A stretch of 64,000 bases of DNA. Source: Octopus sinensis (taxonomy: Eukaryota). The DNA lies in NCBI RefSeq assembly GCF_006345805.1, contig NC_043004.1:15562001-15626000 (forward strand), in the 5' to 3' direction. Below are positions 39,465 through 54,296 of the stretch, in pieces (positions within the stretch are counted from its first letter, which is position 1; the number at the start of each line of letters is the position of its first letter). The notes under the pieces were generated by a model. That model did no database searches and was not told the DNA's origin. It worked only from the letters and a program-made list of their open reading frames with translations. The position numbers and the translations under genes were made by a program.

Positions 39465-40323
39465 AGAGAGAGAGAGTGAGTGAGTGAGAGAGTAAGATGT
39501 AGATAAATAGATAGATAGACTGAAATATTAGATTCGCTTTATTCATGTCATTAGCAGTGCAGGAGCGTGACGATCTGCTAAAACTAATTCAGAGTCAGTC
39601 TCTTGCGTAGCAATAGACCTGAATTGCCGCCACTCTACGAAGAAGAGGAAGCACTTATATATTTATAATTGTGTTTATCTAATAATATTTAATAAACCAT
39701 TAAGCTTTAGGAATTAATGGAAATATATTTTATTTGCTATACGAACAGTTGTGAAAAAATTATGGAGAATAACCAAAAAGTCGTTTATAGTTACAATGTA
39801 TATGCTTCAGGAGATTTATACAAGGCATATAGTTTCAAATCGTATATAGTTATAAGGTATATACTTCGGAATGTATCAGAAAGACCACAATGATTTTGCC
39901 CTTCCTTTAAACTGCGTAAATGTTAAGTACAATAAAAAAAATCTGCAGTATAATTAGCAAAGTATAACCGTGTGCTTATCTTGAATGGTGTGATATAGAT
40001 CAAATCATTAATTTTTAAATTCAATTTATTAGTTTTATTGTCTAAAAACTACATATGAACTTGAGCTAGATTCTCTTGTATTTTTTTATCTATTTGCTTC
40101 ACTGAATGCAAGAACTTATTCAATTGAATCGTTTATTATCATTTCAATCTGATATCTGGCATAGAGCCGTAATCTGCCGAGAGAAAAAACTGTGTAAAGT
40201 TATTCGATTGCGGATAGGAACAAAAAGTTCAATGTTGCCATTGGATATTCATATTAAAATGGAATGACTATTTGAAATAGCAAAATACTTGCTGTAGTCA
40301 GGGCAAATGTAAACTGAACATCT

Positions 40324-40615
40324 ACTCTTTTACATGTTTAAGTCATTTGACTGCGGCCATGCTGGAGCACCGCCTTTAGTCGAGCAAATCGACCCCAGGA
40401 CTTATTCTTTGTAAGCCTAGTACGTATTCTATCGGTCTCTTTGGCCGAACCGCTAAGTTACGGGGGGGGGCGTAAACACTCCAGCATCGGTTGTCAATCG
40501 ATGTTGGGGGGACAAACACAGACACACAAACATATATATATACATATATACGACGGGCTTCTTTCAGTTTCCGTCTACCAAATCCACTCACAAGGCATTG
40601 GTCGACCCGCGGCTA
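40324..40615 (-). mobile_element. SINE family B, 5'-truncated
   Basis: Matches 13601-13910. Confidence 0.88.
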
Positions 40616-40775
40616 TTTTATTATATCAATGATTCATAGGAAAATATAATAACTGTAATTTTGGTATTAGTTGTGGCAATATTCGTTTTTATGGTCAAAC
40701 TAAAATTGTGTCACAAAACGATACGAAATTTTTTAACAGTTTGTGACTCTTTGATTTGTTGTTTGTTTGTTCTAT

Positions 40776-41030
40776 CTCGAGCCATGCCTGGCTGATAAGG
40801 GCTGGTTTATCAGTTTCATGGGTGTATAGGTTCCCCACCTGGACGAGATACTGGTTCATCGCAGGTGAACTGCTATATGCAGGAAGAAGGAGTGAGAGAA
40901 AATTATGGTGAAAGAGTCAGCAGAAGTTCGCCATTACCTAGTACTGGAGCCGCGTGGAGATTATATGTTTCGCTCATAAACACACACATATCCCGGTCTG
41001 AGATTCGAACTAGCGATCCCTTGATCGTCG
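40776..41030 (-). mobile_element. SINE with a distinct tRNA-like head and V-domain-like 3' part
   Basis: B-box-like GTTCGAATCTC on the - strand; TGCGATGAACCAGTATCTCGTCCAGGTGGGG. Confidence 0.65.
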
Positions 41031-41039
41031 TTAATAGCT

Positions 41040-41900
41040 TATCCAGTAAGTTTTTTTGATGTTTCAGTTGATATCACTTTTATATTTCCGATTTCTTCAT
41101 AAAGGTAATTGAACAATTGAGTATCTCTAAATTGTATACTGGTGCAATAGTGATTGTTGCTCGTGATTTAGAAAATGGATTTTCGAAACTGACAGTATCT
41201 AACAGTTTATGCATTAAAATTCTGTTTACTACCGATGTTGGAATCATGTTCCTCCAGGATATTCCGTACTTATGTAATAGTAGATCTATCTTCGCTGTTC
41301 AATAGATTAGACAGGCAGAGCTTTCAAAAGTTCCCAGTAATTAAGGTTTTTAATCGAAGTTATGTTACTGGTGAGCATTCACTGTAACACTACAGTTTCT
41401 TCTATGAGATCAGATGAGTTTGGAGACTAAAGACGAGAGCAGTAATACCATCTGCTCAAACCCGAGATTTTCCATCGAGTCAGCATCTCTTCACAAGAAG
41501 GTTCATATGATATATCCTATAAGATGTCCTCATTCAGAGAATAATATTTTGATGTTATTGATGAACAACACCTCATTAGACATGATTAATTCTAAGTACC
41601 GTATTTCACTAGAGCTCCCAATCATTGTGTTATCTGGTGTCAAGTAATGTGATTTGTGTATATTTTATCCGTAACGAGGAGACCGAAATTTCGCTGCATT
41701 AAATTTCATATTCTCTGTATCTCTCCATTGATAAATGGGGTTGAACTTTGAAGTGTTGCGGTAAGTTCTAGAGTTTGAATAGCTGTCGATATGCTTAAGT
41801 CACCAAAATAACTCATAACCAGAATGTTTAAGCCATCAGAATAACCGTTGAAGTGCGCTGTAGAGCTTATGCCGAAAAGAAGAATACCAACAATCATTCT
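41040..41900 (-). mobile_element. Highly degenerate CR1-clade LINE (RT C-terminal half to 3' end)
   Basis: RYLELIMSNEV (cf. RDLG.IMS); NLNYWELLKALPV*SIEQRR*IY (cf. L.YWERLK.L.LYSL.RRR); CTSIQFRDTQLFNYL. Confidence 0.65.
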
Positions 41901-43569
41901 AATACTGAATTAAATAATGAAGACAACACACTAAGTATTTTAGGGTATAAATGCGTTGAATCATAGAATAATTTTACGTCGATGTAAATTAATTATGTTG
42001 TTTTGCAGAAGATTTCAACATTCTGAATTCAAAACTCACGTCCTATTTCACCTTACTCGACTTCATAGAATATAGGCCAAGTTCAGAAGATTGCTTGATT
42101 CTGTGGACTGCTTTTTTTTTTAAATATATTAATAAATACATAATAGTGTTCCCTTATCGATCAATATTCTGATCACCGACATATCAAGCATTTGACAATA
42201 TTTCTCTGCACTGATACTTAGATAAATATATCGTGGTTATTGTAGTATTAATAGTACTGTTGATGATGCGTGTGATAGTAATAGTTGCAGTAGTAGAAGC
42301 AAAAGTTATTCAATATGTATACTTACATACATACATACACATCGTATAAATATATATATATATACACACTCAAGCACATACACACTCACACATATAAATG
42401 TGCACAAAAATATACAAAGATATAAGAAGCTAATGTATTTATGTAGAGATAGGTAACGATGTAGCTAAATGTAGGGGAAAAAATTATATGATATTAGGAT
42501 TTAATAAATCCGCCTGTTTACAAAGCTTTAAATAGCTATGATATGAAGAAAAGAGAACAAGATTTTGTTATTAAAATATTTTTTGGAAAATATTTCCAGC
42601 AGGATTTATCAAATATATAGTTTTTGTAAGTGTATTTGTAACACATAATACGCACCTTACATACAAAGAGTTTCATGTATGCAGAAATACATACGTACGA
42701 ATACATACACACATACACACTCATACATAAACAAACTCACTTGCACACAAACGCAAGCACGCAAACAGACACACACATAAACATGAATGCATGGAAACAT
42801 TCGCTTGGGTGTCTGAGTGTGTTTGATGTATTCACGTAAGGAGATGCGCACATATATTAAAGCACATCAGCCAAATATCTATAGGCGTATGTATGTATTT
42901 ACTTTCAGTTGGATGGACACATGATTATGTTACAGTGATATATCATGTAAAGACATAAGAGGTTTAGGTGACTTCGTGGCGATAGCTAGCGTCACGTAAT
43001 GACTTGTAAATAATTGTACATGTGGTGGAACATGTGAATAACAGAAAATAAAAATGCAGTTCTGGAATGAATGTGTTTCCGTTTTCAGAACTAAAGTCAA
43101 ATTGCACTGGAAACGATATTTTACCTTATCTCTTTTGAGAGCGTAGAAGTAAATCTGGTGATGTATGCAACTTGATTAAATAAGCCATATCTCTTTTCTT
43201 TGGAATTCTCTAGTCTTGTAAGATATCTGTTTTGGATATACATTATAACGTTATTGATTACAAATAAAGTAGAATTAAATGGAAATATAAAATGAGAATG
43301 CGCAGATTATTTATACAAAGCAGGGATGTGTAAATTTCAAATCTATGTCGTTAAATAACCCAAAATTGTACAGCGCATGTTGCACAAAATTTGCATGAAA
43401 AACATTTTACACAAATTCAAAATGAATATTTAAACTCTGCTCCTCTCGAATTAACAATGTAAAGTTAGGTCGTCATAGGTACATTTCTGGACAGTTTTAC
43501 ATCTGTAAGAGCAGCATTTAAAGTAAAAAAGAATTTTTTTTAAATTAGAGGATATATATTTCCTGCTAT

Positions 43570-43740
43570 AAGCACAAGGCATAAAATCCTGGGTGAAATT
43601 GGTTAGACGATTACATTAACCCGAGTATTAAGCTGGTACGTATTTTATCGACCCTGATAGGTTGAAAGTCAAAGTTCACCTCGTCCAAGACAAACGAAAT
43701 GCTGCAAACCATTCTCCCCTGCGTGCTAACTATTCTGTGA
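43570..43740 (-). mobile_element. SINE family A, diverged
   Basis: Tail and core on the - strand, abutting a family C copy. Confidence 0.65.
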
Positions 43741-43746
43741 CGTCAC

Positions 43747-43891
43747 AACTCATTTCTACTGCTGAGTGAACTGGAGCAACCTGAAATAAAGTGTCTTCCT
43801 CAAAAACACAACAGGCAACTCGGTCCGGGATTCGAGCTCACAACCTCACGATCGTAAGCTCGACGCTCTAACCACTGAACCATGCACCTTC
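43747..43891 (-). mobile_element. SINE family C 5' half
   Basis: Reverse complement of the family C head and core. Confidence 0.8.
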
Positions 43892-44093
43892 ACACACACA
43901 CATACTCACATATATATATATAAATATATTATATAAACATGTGCTGTTTAGTTCACTGGTGATTTAAACGAATAGGTAAGCTGTGTAAATGCTACACTTG
44001 GTCATCAATCAGGTTCCAAGTTCACAGCTGTGGTTGGAGCTAGGAATCCGTAGTAGCATTCGGATATACATATATATGAGTGTGTGTGTGTGC

Positions 44094-44140
<47 letters not shown>

Positions 44141-44234
44141 GTTGTTAGTTTGTATGGCGATAACTATTATTTTCCGGGAACGCTGCCGCTGTTCTCTTTT
44201 AGAGAGACTTAGTTATTTTAATATTTCTATTATA

Positions 44235-44276
<42 letters not shown>

Positions 44277-44730
44277 TATATATGTATGTATATATATATG
44301 TATCTATGTATGTTTTCGTGTAGACGTGTGTATTATGTGCGTGTGAGTGTGCGCACACGCTAGGGTTCGTAATTACAAAAGTACCAATAGAGCAAACAGA
44401 AACGAAAGATGTAATTAACGCTGCGAAGGCGGAATAAAACATTCGCATTTCTGTTTAACAGAATTTGATTGATTATTTGAGTTATTCATTAGATAATTTT
44501 CTTTGGGAATTGTGTGTTGTTTTGTTTTCAATACTTAAGATGTGCTTTAAATATTCAGTGTTTATGTGTACACAGCGAAGTTTTCGTCTAGCTAAAATAT
44601 TTACGACAGTCATCCCAAGCGACTTATCACAATTTGCTATTAGCTTTCTTTACACCAACTTTGAGGAGCTACGCTTTTGAGAAGAGAAATATGAAGGTTA
44701 TAGTATAAGAACGTAAAATAAATTGTTTAT

Positions 44731-44906
44731 AGGCGTAAGAGTGGCTGTGTGGTAAGTAGCTTGCTTACGAACAACATAGTTCTGGGTTGAATCCCACTGC
44801 GTGGCACCTTCGGTAAGTGTCTTCTACTATAGCCTTGGGCCGACCAAAGCCTCGTGAGTGGATTTGGTAGACGGAAACTGAAAGAAGTCCGTGCTGTATA
44901 TGTATG

Positions 44907-44940
<34 letters not shown>

Positions 44941-45236
44941 GGTGTGGGTGCGTGTGGTATGTGTGTGCGTGTGGGTGCGTGTGTGTATGTGTGTGCGTGT
45001 GTGTGCGTGTGTGTGTTTGTGTATGTTTGTGTGTCTGTGTTTGTTCCCCCAACATCGCTTGACAACCGATGCTGGTGTGTTTACGTCCCGGTAACTTAGC
45101 GGTTCGGCAAAAGAGACCGATACAATAAGTACTAGGCTTTCAAAGAATAAGTCCTGGGGTCGATTTGCTCGACTAAAGGCGGTGCTCCAGCATGGCCACA
45201 GTCAAATGACTGAAGCAAGTAAAAGAGTAAATGAGT
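44731..45236 (+). mobile_element. SINE family B, full length, with expanded (TG)n
   Basis: Head AGGCGTAAGAGTGGCTGTGTGGTAAG; tail AAAAGAGTAAATGAGTA. Confidence 0.9.
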
Positions 45237-47598
45237 AGGGATATATAGAGAGATATCTATAATTTTATGATACGGATATTATGTCGACATAGCTTGTTTC
45301 TTGTCGTATGATGAAGTCGAAATTCTAATGTTAGCATGAAAGTTGTACATAAAGGTAAATATTGTTGACTTTTACAACCGGTACTACCCAATTACCTGTC
45401 TATGTAAGCCTCTGGGGTTTTTTTTTTAATGTACATTGCACTATCATATCCGTGGCAAGTTCAAATAACCCAGAACTGTAATGTTCATAAAAAAATTCTA
45501 CAAGTTTCAATAACTATTTGCAACATTTGGCTAATAAATGACACTTATTGTTATGCTTGATGCAGCAAGAATTCTTATCAAACACCCAGTTTACCTAAAT
45601 GAAATAACACTCCTATATACAGAACAATTTCAAAGACGCATCACAGCATTTCTGCTGGGGGATATAACTATGCCAATACTGATTTTGTAAAGCAACTGAT
45701 GAAGCACTTACGAATGTGATTACGATTTTCTTATTGCAAAATTACATAATCATTAAATAAATTTATGGGACTTATTTCTGCATGTGTGTGATATTTTGGA
45801 CGTGTTCTTATTATTGGGAACAGAGTTGTACGATGTAACTAAAGTTTCTATTTGTTAATTTTAGAGCAGTTCCGTGAGTGCTAACTGTTGCATAATCGTA
45901 TTATGCATTGTTGTGGGTTTTCTAAATGAAGTGGAGATTTTGTTTTAGTTGTAATAAAACTATTCATGTTTTTTTTTTTTTGCTTTACTTTGTTTTTGCT
46001 TTTGTCTTTTTATGGTATTCATATATTGGAATATGTGGGGTTTTTTTGGTTTGTAACATTCTGTTCTAGATAGCTGCAGAGCATTCTCGTCTTAAATTTC
46101 AGATTATTTGAGTAGTTTTCATTGATAATTGGTCTCCTTATCTTTGAAATTGGAAATCTCAGATTACTGAACGATATTTTCCCGTTAGGTATGTTATTAA
46201 GCGCTTTTCCGTTAAATGATCCTTTTACATCAGCGAGTATCTGCAGATGAGGTAATTTATTGGGTCTTTCTGTATATTTAATAAAATCACCGAAATTACA
46301 GTATACAGAATAGGGGAACACAGAAGCTCACGGCACTTCTCAAAACCGTTGTAAAAGAAACAAAAATGTTGTTGCCGCTCAGAATTCCTGTAGAATAATT
46401 ATATTTAATTTTTTTACTGCGTTTTCAAAAGGCGTATTTCTTTTATCAAAATTCCTTTCTGGGCAAATTATTTACTGTGTATTTAGAAGTTAATGAAATA
46501 GTATTCTTTATAGTATATTGCTATTTTATATTTACATCTACCTCTTTATTTAAGCAATAAATGTATTTAGAAATCTTCTCCGACAAAGGAATATTCACAA
46601 TAACGGTATCTCCAATTTCGAGGTTCTGTTATCTGAGAACTTTACTTGAGTCCTGTGAGTCGTCGTTTATTGTCTTTCCTATCACTATGTAAATTTTTTG
46701 GTGAGTTTCTATATTTCCTTTTGCTCTTAGAAATATTTATCATAAGTCGGTACACCGCAGCGGGATGTTTTTATCAGATACCATTCATAACTACTTCAGA
46801 ATGCGATAAAAATACTTGTGCCATATACGTGGCCTTGTCAAAAATATGTATCGGGATCGGGCGACTGTTCCAATGTCAGCAGTATCATTTATCATTTATA
46901 ATGAATTGGAATGAATTAAGGTAGTTGAATTAACGTTTAGAATAAGTTACCTGGCGGTATTAATTGAATGTATTTTTTAGATTCTCGAGTAAAGTCCTTT
47001 TAGTGCAACGCTATTGCTTCAATTTGCGACCACCACATCATTTCGGCGATGGTACTGAGAATAGAACGTGTAATTCAGTAGACTGAACTTATCTGAAGAA
47101 TCGAATACGACTATTCAGCATTAAATATTATGGAACCAGTTCGGGGTTTTATATTTCTGTTAGTAATTGTTATGATAGATAGAATAACTTTTGCGATTGC
47201 GTGAGGATAAATTACGCACATAATTGTTAGTTGCGTCTAACGAGTGCTTTACTTTTGAATAATTGCTGCTAAATTGAATATCATTAACTCTCTTGTAGCA
47301 GATACGCAGATAATGATAATTTCTCCTGCTCGCAAGGGATAAAAAGCACACACACACACACAAACACACACTCACAAACACACACATATATATTCATGCA
47401 TGTATATATATATATATATATATACATATATGTATACATATATGCGTCTGTATATATATATATATTTTTTTTTAATGTATATATACGTGTATATATATGT
47501 GTGTCTGTGCGCGTGTCTGTGTCTATCTATCTATTTATCTATCTATATGTCTGTATATCTATACATACATACACACACAAACGCACACACACACACAC

Positions 47599-47630
<32 letters not shown>

Positions 47631-47707
47631 TGCGTATACAGATACCACACAGAAGGGATGTTAACACCAAAGATTCGCCGGATTAATCTTATAAATATCA
47701 TGTCATT

Positions 47708-47748
<41 letters not shown>

Positions 47749-48328
47749 CATGCATATATAAGCATACACACACATACACATACAGACATATATAAACATA
47801 CACACATATATACACATAAATACATATCTCTATCTATATCTATCTATCCATCTATCTATATATATATATATAGTTCAAAGATGAGATCCAGATATTCTCC
47901 ATATAGAAGACGTTTAATAGTGCTCAACAGATTTATACTGAGACGCCGATGTTTTTAGAGGGATTTACCACAAGGTAGAGAGATGCATAAGAGGGATCAT
48001 GTTGACCGGGTAAAGAAGCAATTGCGGGAACAGGCAAATTAGACACATCAATACATGCAAAATTGATAATTATATCAAGGAAACAATTTTGAATTGTATC
48101 GTCCCACGTCACAACAGAGAACAATAACATGATCTAAGAACACGAGTCTTTAGACCATAAATATTTATCATCCGAAATTTCATGGTGAGGAAAAACACAG
48201 TCAATGTGCCGTAAACAACAGATCTCGACGACAAAGCATAATCATATTTCTGACTATAGCAATTATTGACCCACATCAGAGAACAGGATCGGGCCACATC
48301 AGAAACAGGATTGGATCACTTTGCATGC

Positions 48329-48366
<38 letters not shown>

Positions 48367-51300
48367 TATATGAGAAAAAAAAGAAAATAAAGGAGAGATA
48401 CGTGTGCAACAGAGTAAAACAGAAACATGGTACACTACATCTGAATGACATTCAGAAGTTCGGAAAGGACTTAACAACTATCTAAGATCCTATGTTTACA
48501 GATACTTGTCAGATACTTCCGTCAGAGCAGTGTTGTTAGCACTTTAATTTTTCGTCTCTACCCTATGACACCGTGTAACATTGTTATCTTTCTTATCCTA
48601 TGCATTCACCTTTTATCTTCTCACCATATCTAAAGTTCACAGTTATCGAATTAACGAGAATTACCCAACCACTTATATTCCAAACTGTACCAGGCAGGAA
48701 TTCATTCGCTGCTCAACAGTTGATATACGCACCAACCTAGATTTAGTTTAAACTGAAAATCCTAGTCATTGTTCTCATCACTGTTCGTGCATTTACAAAT
48801 ATCACAAAGAATGTGTTCCTTCATTTTTGAGTAAATAAATAGAATATTGTACATAAAACCGTTACACGATTTTGAGTATGCAAATTTATACTCACACTGA
48901 CATACACATACCCATAGAACAATATGCATTGAAACACAGAAAACAAATACACATATACACACCAAAACACTAACGCATTCACGTTTATAGACACAAAGCG
49001 GAAAGTTAATATATTGGCATTTTTTATGCAGTAAAAATAATTAAGAATTATTATTTGTTTTAAAACTGAAACAATTTATTAAATAGAAGGTTGCCAAAAA
49101 TTGCTTTCAAGAAAAAATATAATAAATGCTTATTTTATTTCCAAACTAAAGCAATATTTTAAACAGAAGGTTGCCAAAAATAATTCCTTTCAAAATTAAA
49201 CCAATTTATTGAAACGAAATTGTAAGTTGTGAACTATTGACCTTAAAAATAATTTTAAAAAATGGTTGTATCATAAGCGTCGAGAATATTTTCAACGCGT
49301 TTATTAGCCTTCATATATTTCTTATTATTTATACGTATGACATCAGAGTCAAGATATGTCTGAGGATTATTCAGTGTACACTATTTCCAGATGGATGTTC
49401 TTGCTTATCAATCTGGTTGTATGTGCGCCCAAGAAGACCCCTCTTTCAATTCATGCATAGCACGCCATTTTTGACGGAGGAAATACCACGTTTCACTGAT
49501 GCATTATTGAAAGCACAACCTGGAATAATATTCCAAAGTGTCATACATGCTATGTTTGACAATATTAACAGAGGTTGAAGCAATAGACAATAGTCATTTT
49601 CTTCCTGCCCATACGTCAAACTTACTCTGGGAGTTGACAGCAGGTCACATTTATCTATTTTGTCATATTGAATAAATACTGAATGAAATAATGGTGGCTT
49701 CTAATTCATAAGGAAAGCCGGTGATTTTAGGGGAAAAGATTAGTCGTTATTATTAACCAAAGTACTAATCTTAAAATTTGATAATTTGCACAAGTTTCCA
49801 TGCGGGTGATTCAGAGAACTGTTCTGCGTATATCCAGATTCATGTTTGTAGTACTTTAGACCAATACATTATCTATGTCTACTCTGGCAAAACCTTTTGT
49901 TAATCTTTGTTTACAAGAGGTTTTACAAACCTCTTGTTAAACCCTTTCCAAATATCGAATGTTTATCACCTCCTCAATGATATAAATTACTGTGTTTTCT
50001 CCACCCAATTCCAACAAACTGAAATGTGTTTGTAGTATGTATGCGCTCATAAAGGACAATAGATAAAAACTGCATATGTTTGCTAATGCTCTTTTAAGCA
50101 CATTTTGAGATACGCTAATTTTCACGTAGTTTTTGAAAACCTTATCGTTGATAACATTTTTTCTCGATATTGCATGGTCTCTACGATTGTAATCGAATAG
50201 ATTTTCGGAAATTGCTGCCAATTACTTTATGCTTTCTGTTATGAATATTGACATCGTCCGGCTGGCATCTACATTTTGAAATACTGAAATGAGCCCACTC
50301 AAGATGAAATGCTTAGGTGATGCTCATTTAACAGCAATGCAAAACATGCAAAAATACTACTATAGAACCACTTTTGCATTCTCCCTGCAGTCTCTGACGA
50401 ATAAGTTCAAAATACTTACGTCAGTTCATTCAGTCGGCGACGACATTTTCCTCCAAATATTTGGGTCGCTGCAATCTTATAAATCCGTAATTTTGCCTAA
50501 TCGTTAGGAAATTTCATCTTTTATCAGCCTCTTGGTATCTTTTATTAATTACTGCTGTTGTTTATAGATATTATGCTGTCTAATATTATTAGTATTAACG
50601 AAATCAATAACCATAATCTATCAGATATAGTAGAGTGCCATTTTCATTATATAGGTTTTGCCTTCCATTTGAAAGTAATAAATACTTCTTACCAATTCAC
50701 AATAATATACACCACCGTGCACACATATACTCGCACTCAGTACATGCACATACACATACACACGAACACAGATAAACATAAACATATATGTGCCTGTGTT
50801 TATACTTATTATATTGATTATTTTTCTACAGTCATAGAAGGTCAAAAGCGAAGGGATAGCTATAAAAGATAACTAGACTTGATGCTAAGCATACACAACA
50901 AAGTTATTGACTGAATTATCTAAAGGGTGCTGTTTGTATATCACACACATAATTCTCCATATCAAATAATCGAACGATCTGGAAATCAGAGAAAAAAAAA
51001 ACTGGTAAAATCGGAAGTATTTGCAAAGCAATATCCGCTTTTTTGCCGAAGTATTCCTATAAATATAATGTGTTGCATAGGTAAATACAATTTCGTTATG
51101 CTTTAACTATCTTATTTTTATTGAAGTATAGAATCGATCTATATATTAACTGGCAATTACAGATGCTGCATTTGTTTTATTTCTGAAGTTATGCATGTTG
51201 TGGTAAGTTTCCCTTCTAATGACTTGGTGTCCAGTTCGATCCTTTGTATCCTAAGTTTCTAGTAAGCTCTAGGTGTAGCGACAGTTCTGTATTATATATA

Positions 51301-51454
51301 ATGCTTTAATGAAAAATTTCATCTTTCTTAACAAAATGTAGACAACCCGGTTGAAACACAAATGTTACTTTGAAACGATTTGATGTGCATAATTACTTGC
51401 ATGAAGTACAGTAAAAAATTGCTGAAAAATATTAAGTGAATGTAAGAGAAGAAA

Positions 51455-52750
51455 TATTGTTTATACCATCTCCTTCGTTGATCCCCATGTATTTATAATT
51501 TTCTTCTGGGTCAAGCGCCTTGATGGTAGTGTCGGTATAAATTTAATGGAAGCTGTTCTTTTGACTTTGCCTCTTACAAAAGATGCTTTAGCACACTTAT
51601 CAAGGGCAAAATCCATCCCGATGTCATTTCGGAATTGTTTAACCGTTGTTAACAGCTCTACTTATTTTTTCTCTTCATAAAAATAAGAAAGGAGTATTAC
51701 AAGAGAGTAAGACTCAAACTAAAACTGACCTAAACTCCAAAAATCGATCTAAGCCATTAACTCCCTGGAATTTCCAGTAGTCCAACACAGTTTTAACATT
51801 ATTAACAGGAAACTTACAGAGCTCCAACGCCTAGATTGGAAGACAAGAAAACTACTAACATGTAAGAACATGCAGCACCCAAAAGCAGTACCTATCAAGA
51901 TGCCATTGCCGAAGAAGTTTACCAAATTTGCAAGGGAACTCGGCATTAAGCCTAAATTAGATGAAGAACCTGAAACTACTGTCATCAAACAAGCAAAACG
52001 GATCAACCAGACTGCAAAAAGGGACGCGCAGAAACAAGTTGAGGAGTTGTAGAACCAGAAGCCTCTGCATGGACAGTATATACTTCGAAGCCGAAATGCT
52101 GATGTAGACCAAGCAACAACCCATCAGTGGCTGACAAGTTCAGAGACCGAAGATTTCATATTTGCAGTACAAGATCAGAGCTTACCAAAAATACCAGTCT
52201 AACGTTCTTCAAAACGGTTATAATCTTAAATGTAGATTGTACGATAAATTTCATGAAACAAAAAACTATCTCGTCTTGGGATGTCCTGTGCTGACACCAG
52301 ACGAATACAAACATCACCAGGATAGTGTAGGACAGTATTTACGTTGGGAAATATGTAAACACTACAAAATCTGCATTCTGCTTACTGGTATGAACAGGTA
52401 CCTCAGTCGGTTATTGAAGGTAAAAATGTCACTATCCTCGGGGGTTTTCCAGTCAACACCGACAAAACAATCCCGGCTAAAAAACCGGACATAGTCATTA
52501 AATTCTTGTAGACTAATGGTTGTAAGTGTTTCCGCTGATAAATATATATCTGTAATGGAACTTGACAAATTAATTAAATATAAGGACCTGGAAATTGTAA
52601 TACAAAATATGCTGCATATCAAAGTGAGAACTGTTCCTGTTATTGTGGGTGCCCTACGTATTATGAGAAAGGGGTGTCAGAAACATCTAGATACTATCCC
52701 AGGAGAACCATGTCTCAGAGAAATCAAAACAACCTTAGAAAAACCCTATT
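51455..52750 (+). mobile_element. Degenerate R4/Dong-type 3' half with an inverted 5' segment (~51455-51675 on the - strand)
   Basis: Plus strand: KIRKEYYKRVR...KPLHGQY...KYKDLEIVIQNM...VPVIVGALRIM. Minus-strand piece: LLTTVKQFRNDIGMDFALDKCAKASF...NYKYMGINEGDGINN, which is the RT segment normally just upstream. Confidence 0.85.
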
Positions 52751-53499
52751 AATCTAAAAGTCTGTGTTGTATTACATGAATATATTTCGCTACTTCCCTT
52801 GCCACTTTCCCTTCCAAAGCTTTCAGTCATACTGTAGCATCACTTATCCGTCTCTCGCTCTATGACGCTTAGTATATCTCGGCAAGTGATTGTAGGGAAC
52901 GGAATTTTACTGCCATAAAAGCACAGTTTTTCCTATTCACCATGTCTCATGTGCGAAAGGCACGTGCGAAATCAGCATAGGAAAGTTTACAAACTATAAA
53001 TTACAAGTGGAACAAAACTGTACGTAAGTAAATTGATTAATTACGCATATACTTGATTGTCTATATAATTATGTATACATATTAATACCCATAAAACTGC
53101 ACATACAGCACAATTTTTACACCACTACATGAAATTTACACGACACGCATATGAAAGCATGTGTCACAAACGAAGCAAACAATAACAAAACACTTTTCTG
53201 CGAACTAACACAGAGAGACTGAACAATTCTTATGTTTAAAATGCCACAAAGACACTATGCCCAGAAGTAAATCTGTACAGAGGAAAACTAAATAAACTCT
53301 AACCAAAACCTGAAAGTTATTGGTAAAACCCACCTTGCACTTACAGATATACTTTCAGCTAATGATGTATATATTACTGATCACAGTCACTTGCACAATA
53401 TATCCGTGAAGAATACAGCTATTCTATGTGGTGAAAGGATTAGAAAGCAACAACATTGCCACAAAAAGCCTATTTTGCTAGAGCGTATCCATCACCAAA

Positions 53500-54225
53500 T
53501 TCAGTTACTTAGGACTGACAAAAATGTTTAAAAAATCTTAAATTTGACAAGAAAAACAATCCATCGAAAATTCGAAAATTAAAGATAAATTATAATATGA
53601 AGGCCATACTTGACATTGATACCACCATAGAAACTATCAAGTAAATGGTATCTGCTAAAGCTGCCAACCTAGCATGGTTTGAAAAGCGCGCTAGGTTCTT
53701 CAAGGACAAAAACATGTTCGAAAATAACCCCAAAAATGTTTACAAGAAGATAGGAAAATACCAGTTATATAAGGTCTATCCCATCAAAAGAAGTGCAGGT
53801 CAGAAGGAAAACGCACAATAAAAAGTCCCCTTGGATTGATAGATTTTCTACTAACTTAGACTTCTTTGAAGAGTAAAAGCCACAGTGTATCAACAAAGAT
53901 CTACTCTCAGGAAATCAAGCAAATGTAATTTTCAAGGAAAGGATAAAATTCCTATCTTCTGGTTGAATGCCTTTCCAGACAGTCAGAAACTGGTAACAAA
54001 ACATTACAACAATGTTTTGCAGCAACCTCGTACGATTCCCATTTGGCTACTTAATGAAGAAAAATGAAGGAAGAAATGAACCAAAAAATTATAGACCCAT
54101 CAACTGTTTAAAACCAATGTACAGAATCCTAACATCTTTCTTGATTGAATACACTTACAATGTTTTTAATGGAAAGTGGCATCTTCCCTAATTTGCGAAA
54201 AAGATGAAAACGTGGGTCCTTTTTC
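53500..54225 (+). mobile_element. Degenerate R4/Dong-type fragment (pre-RT region and RT domains 0-1)
   Basis: KRARFFKDKNMFENNPKNVYKK; DKIPIFWLNAF; KNYRPINCLKPMYRILTS; followed by (AAT)n. Confidence 0.75.
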
Positions 54226-54296
54226 TATATGAATAATAATAATAATAATAAATAATAATAATAATAATAATAATATAATAATAATAATAATAATAA

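Noticed and set aside
41706-41897. ORF starting MIVGILLFGISSTA, initially suggestive of a signal peptide or Cys-loop/chemotactile receptor pseudogene
   Set aside because: Downstream frames give CR1-type motifs (YWELLKAL, DLG-like IMS), so the region is better explained as a decayed LINE.
44228-44300. Phase slips inside (TA)n and (AAT)n tracts, recurring across the window
   Set aside because: Likely sequencing or consensus artefacts or ordinary slippage; no biological signal inferred.
47930-48300. Minus-strand frames with INIYGLK and FACI, possibly an APE N-terminus
   Set aside because: Similarity is too weak to annotate.
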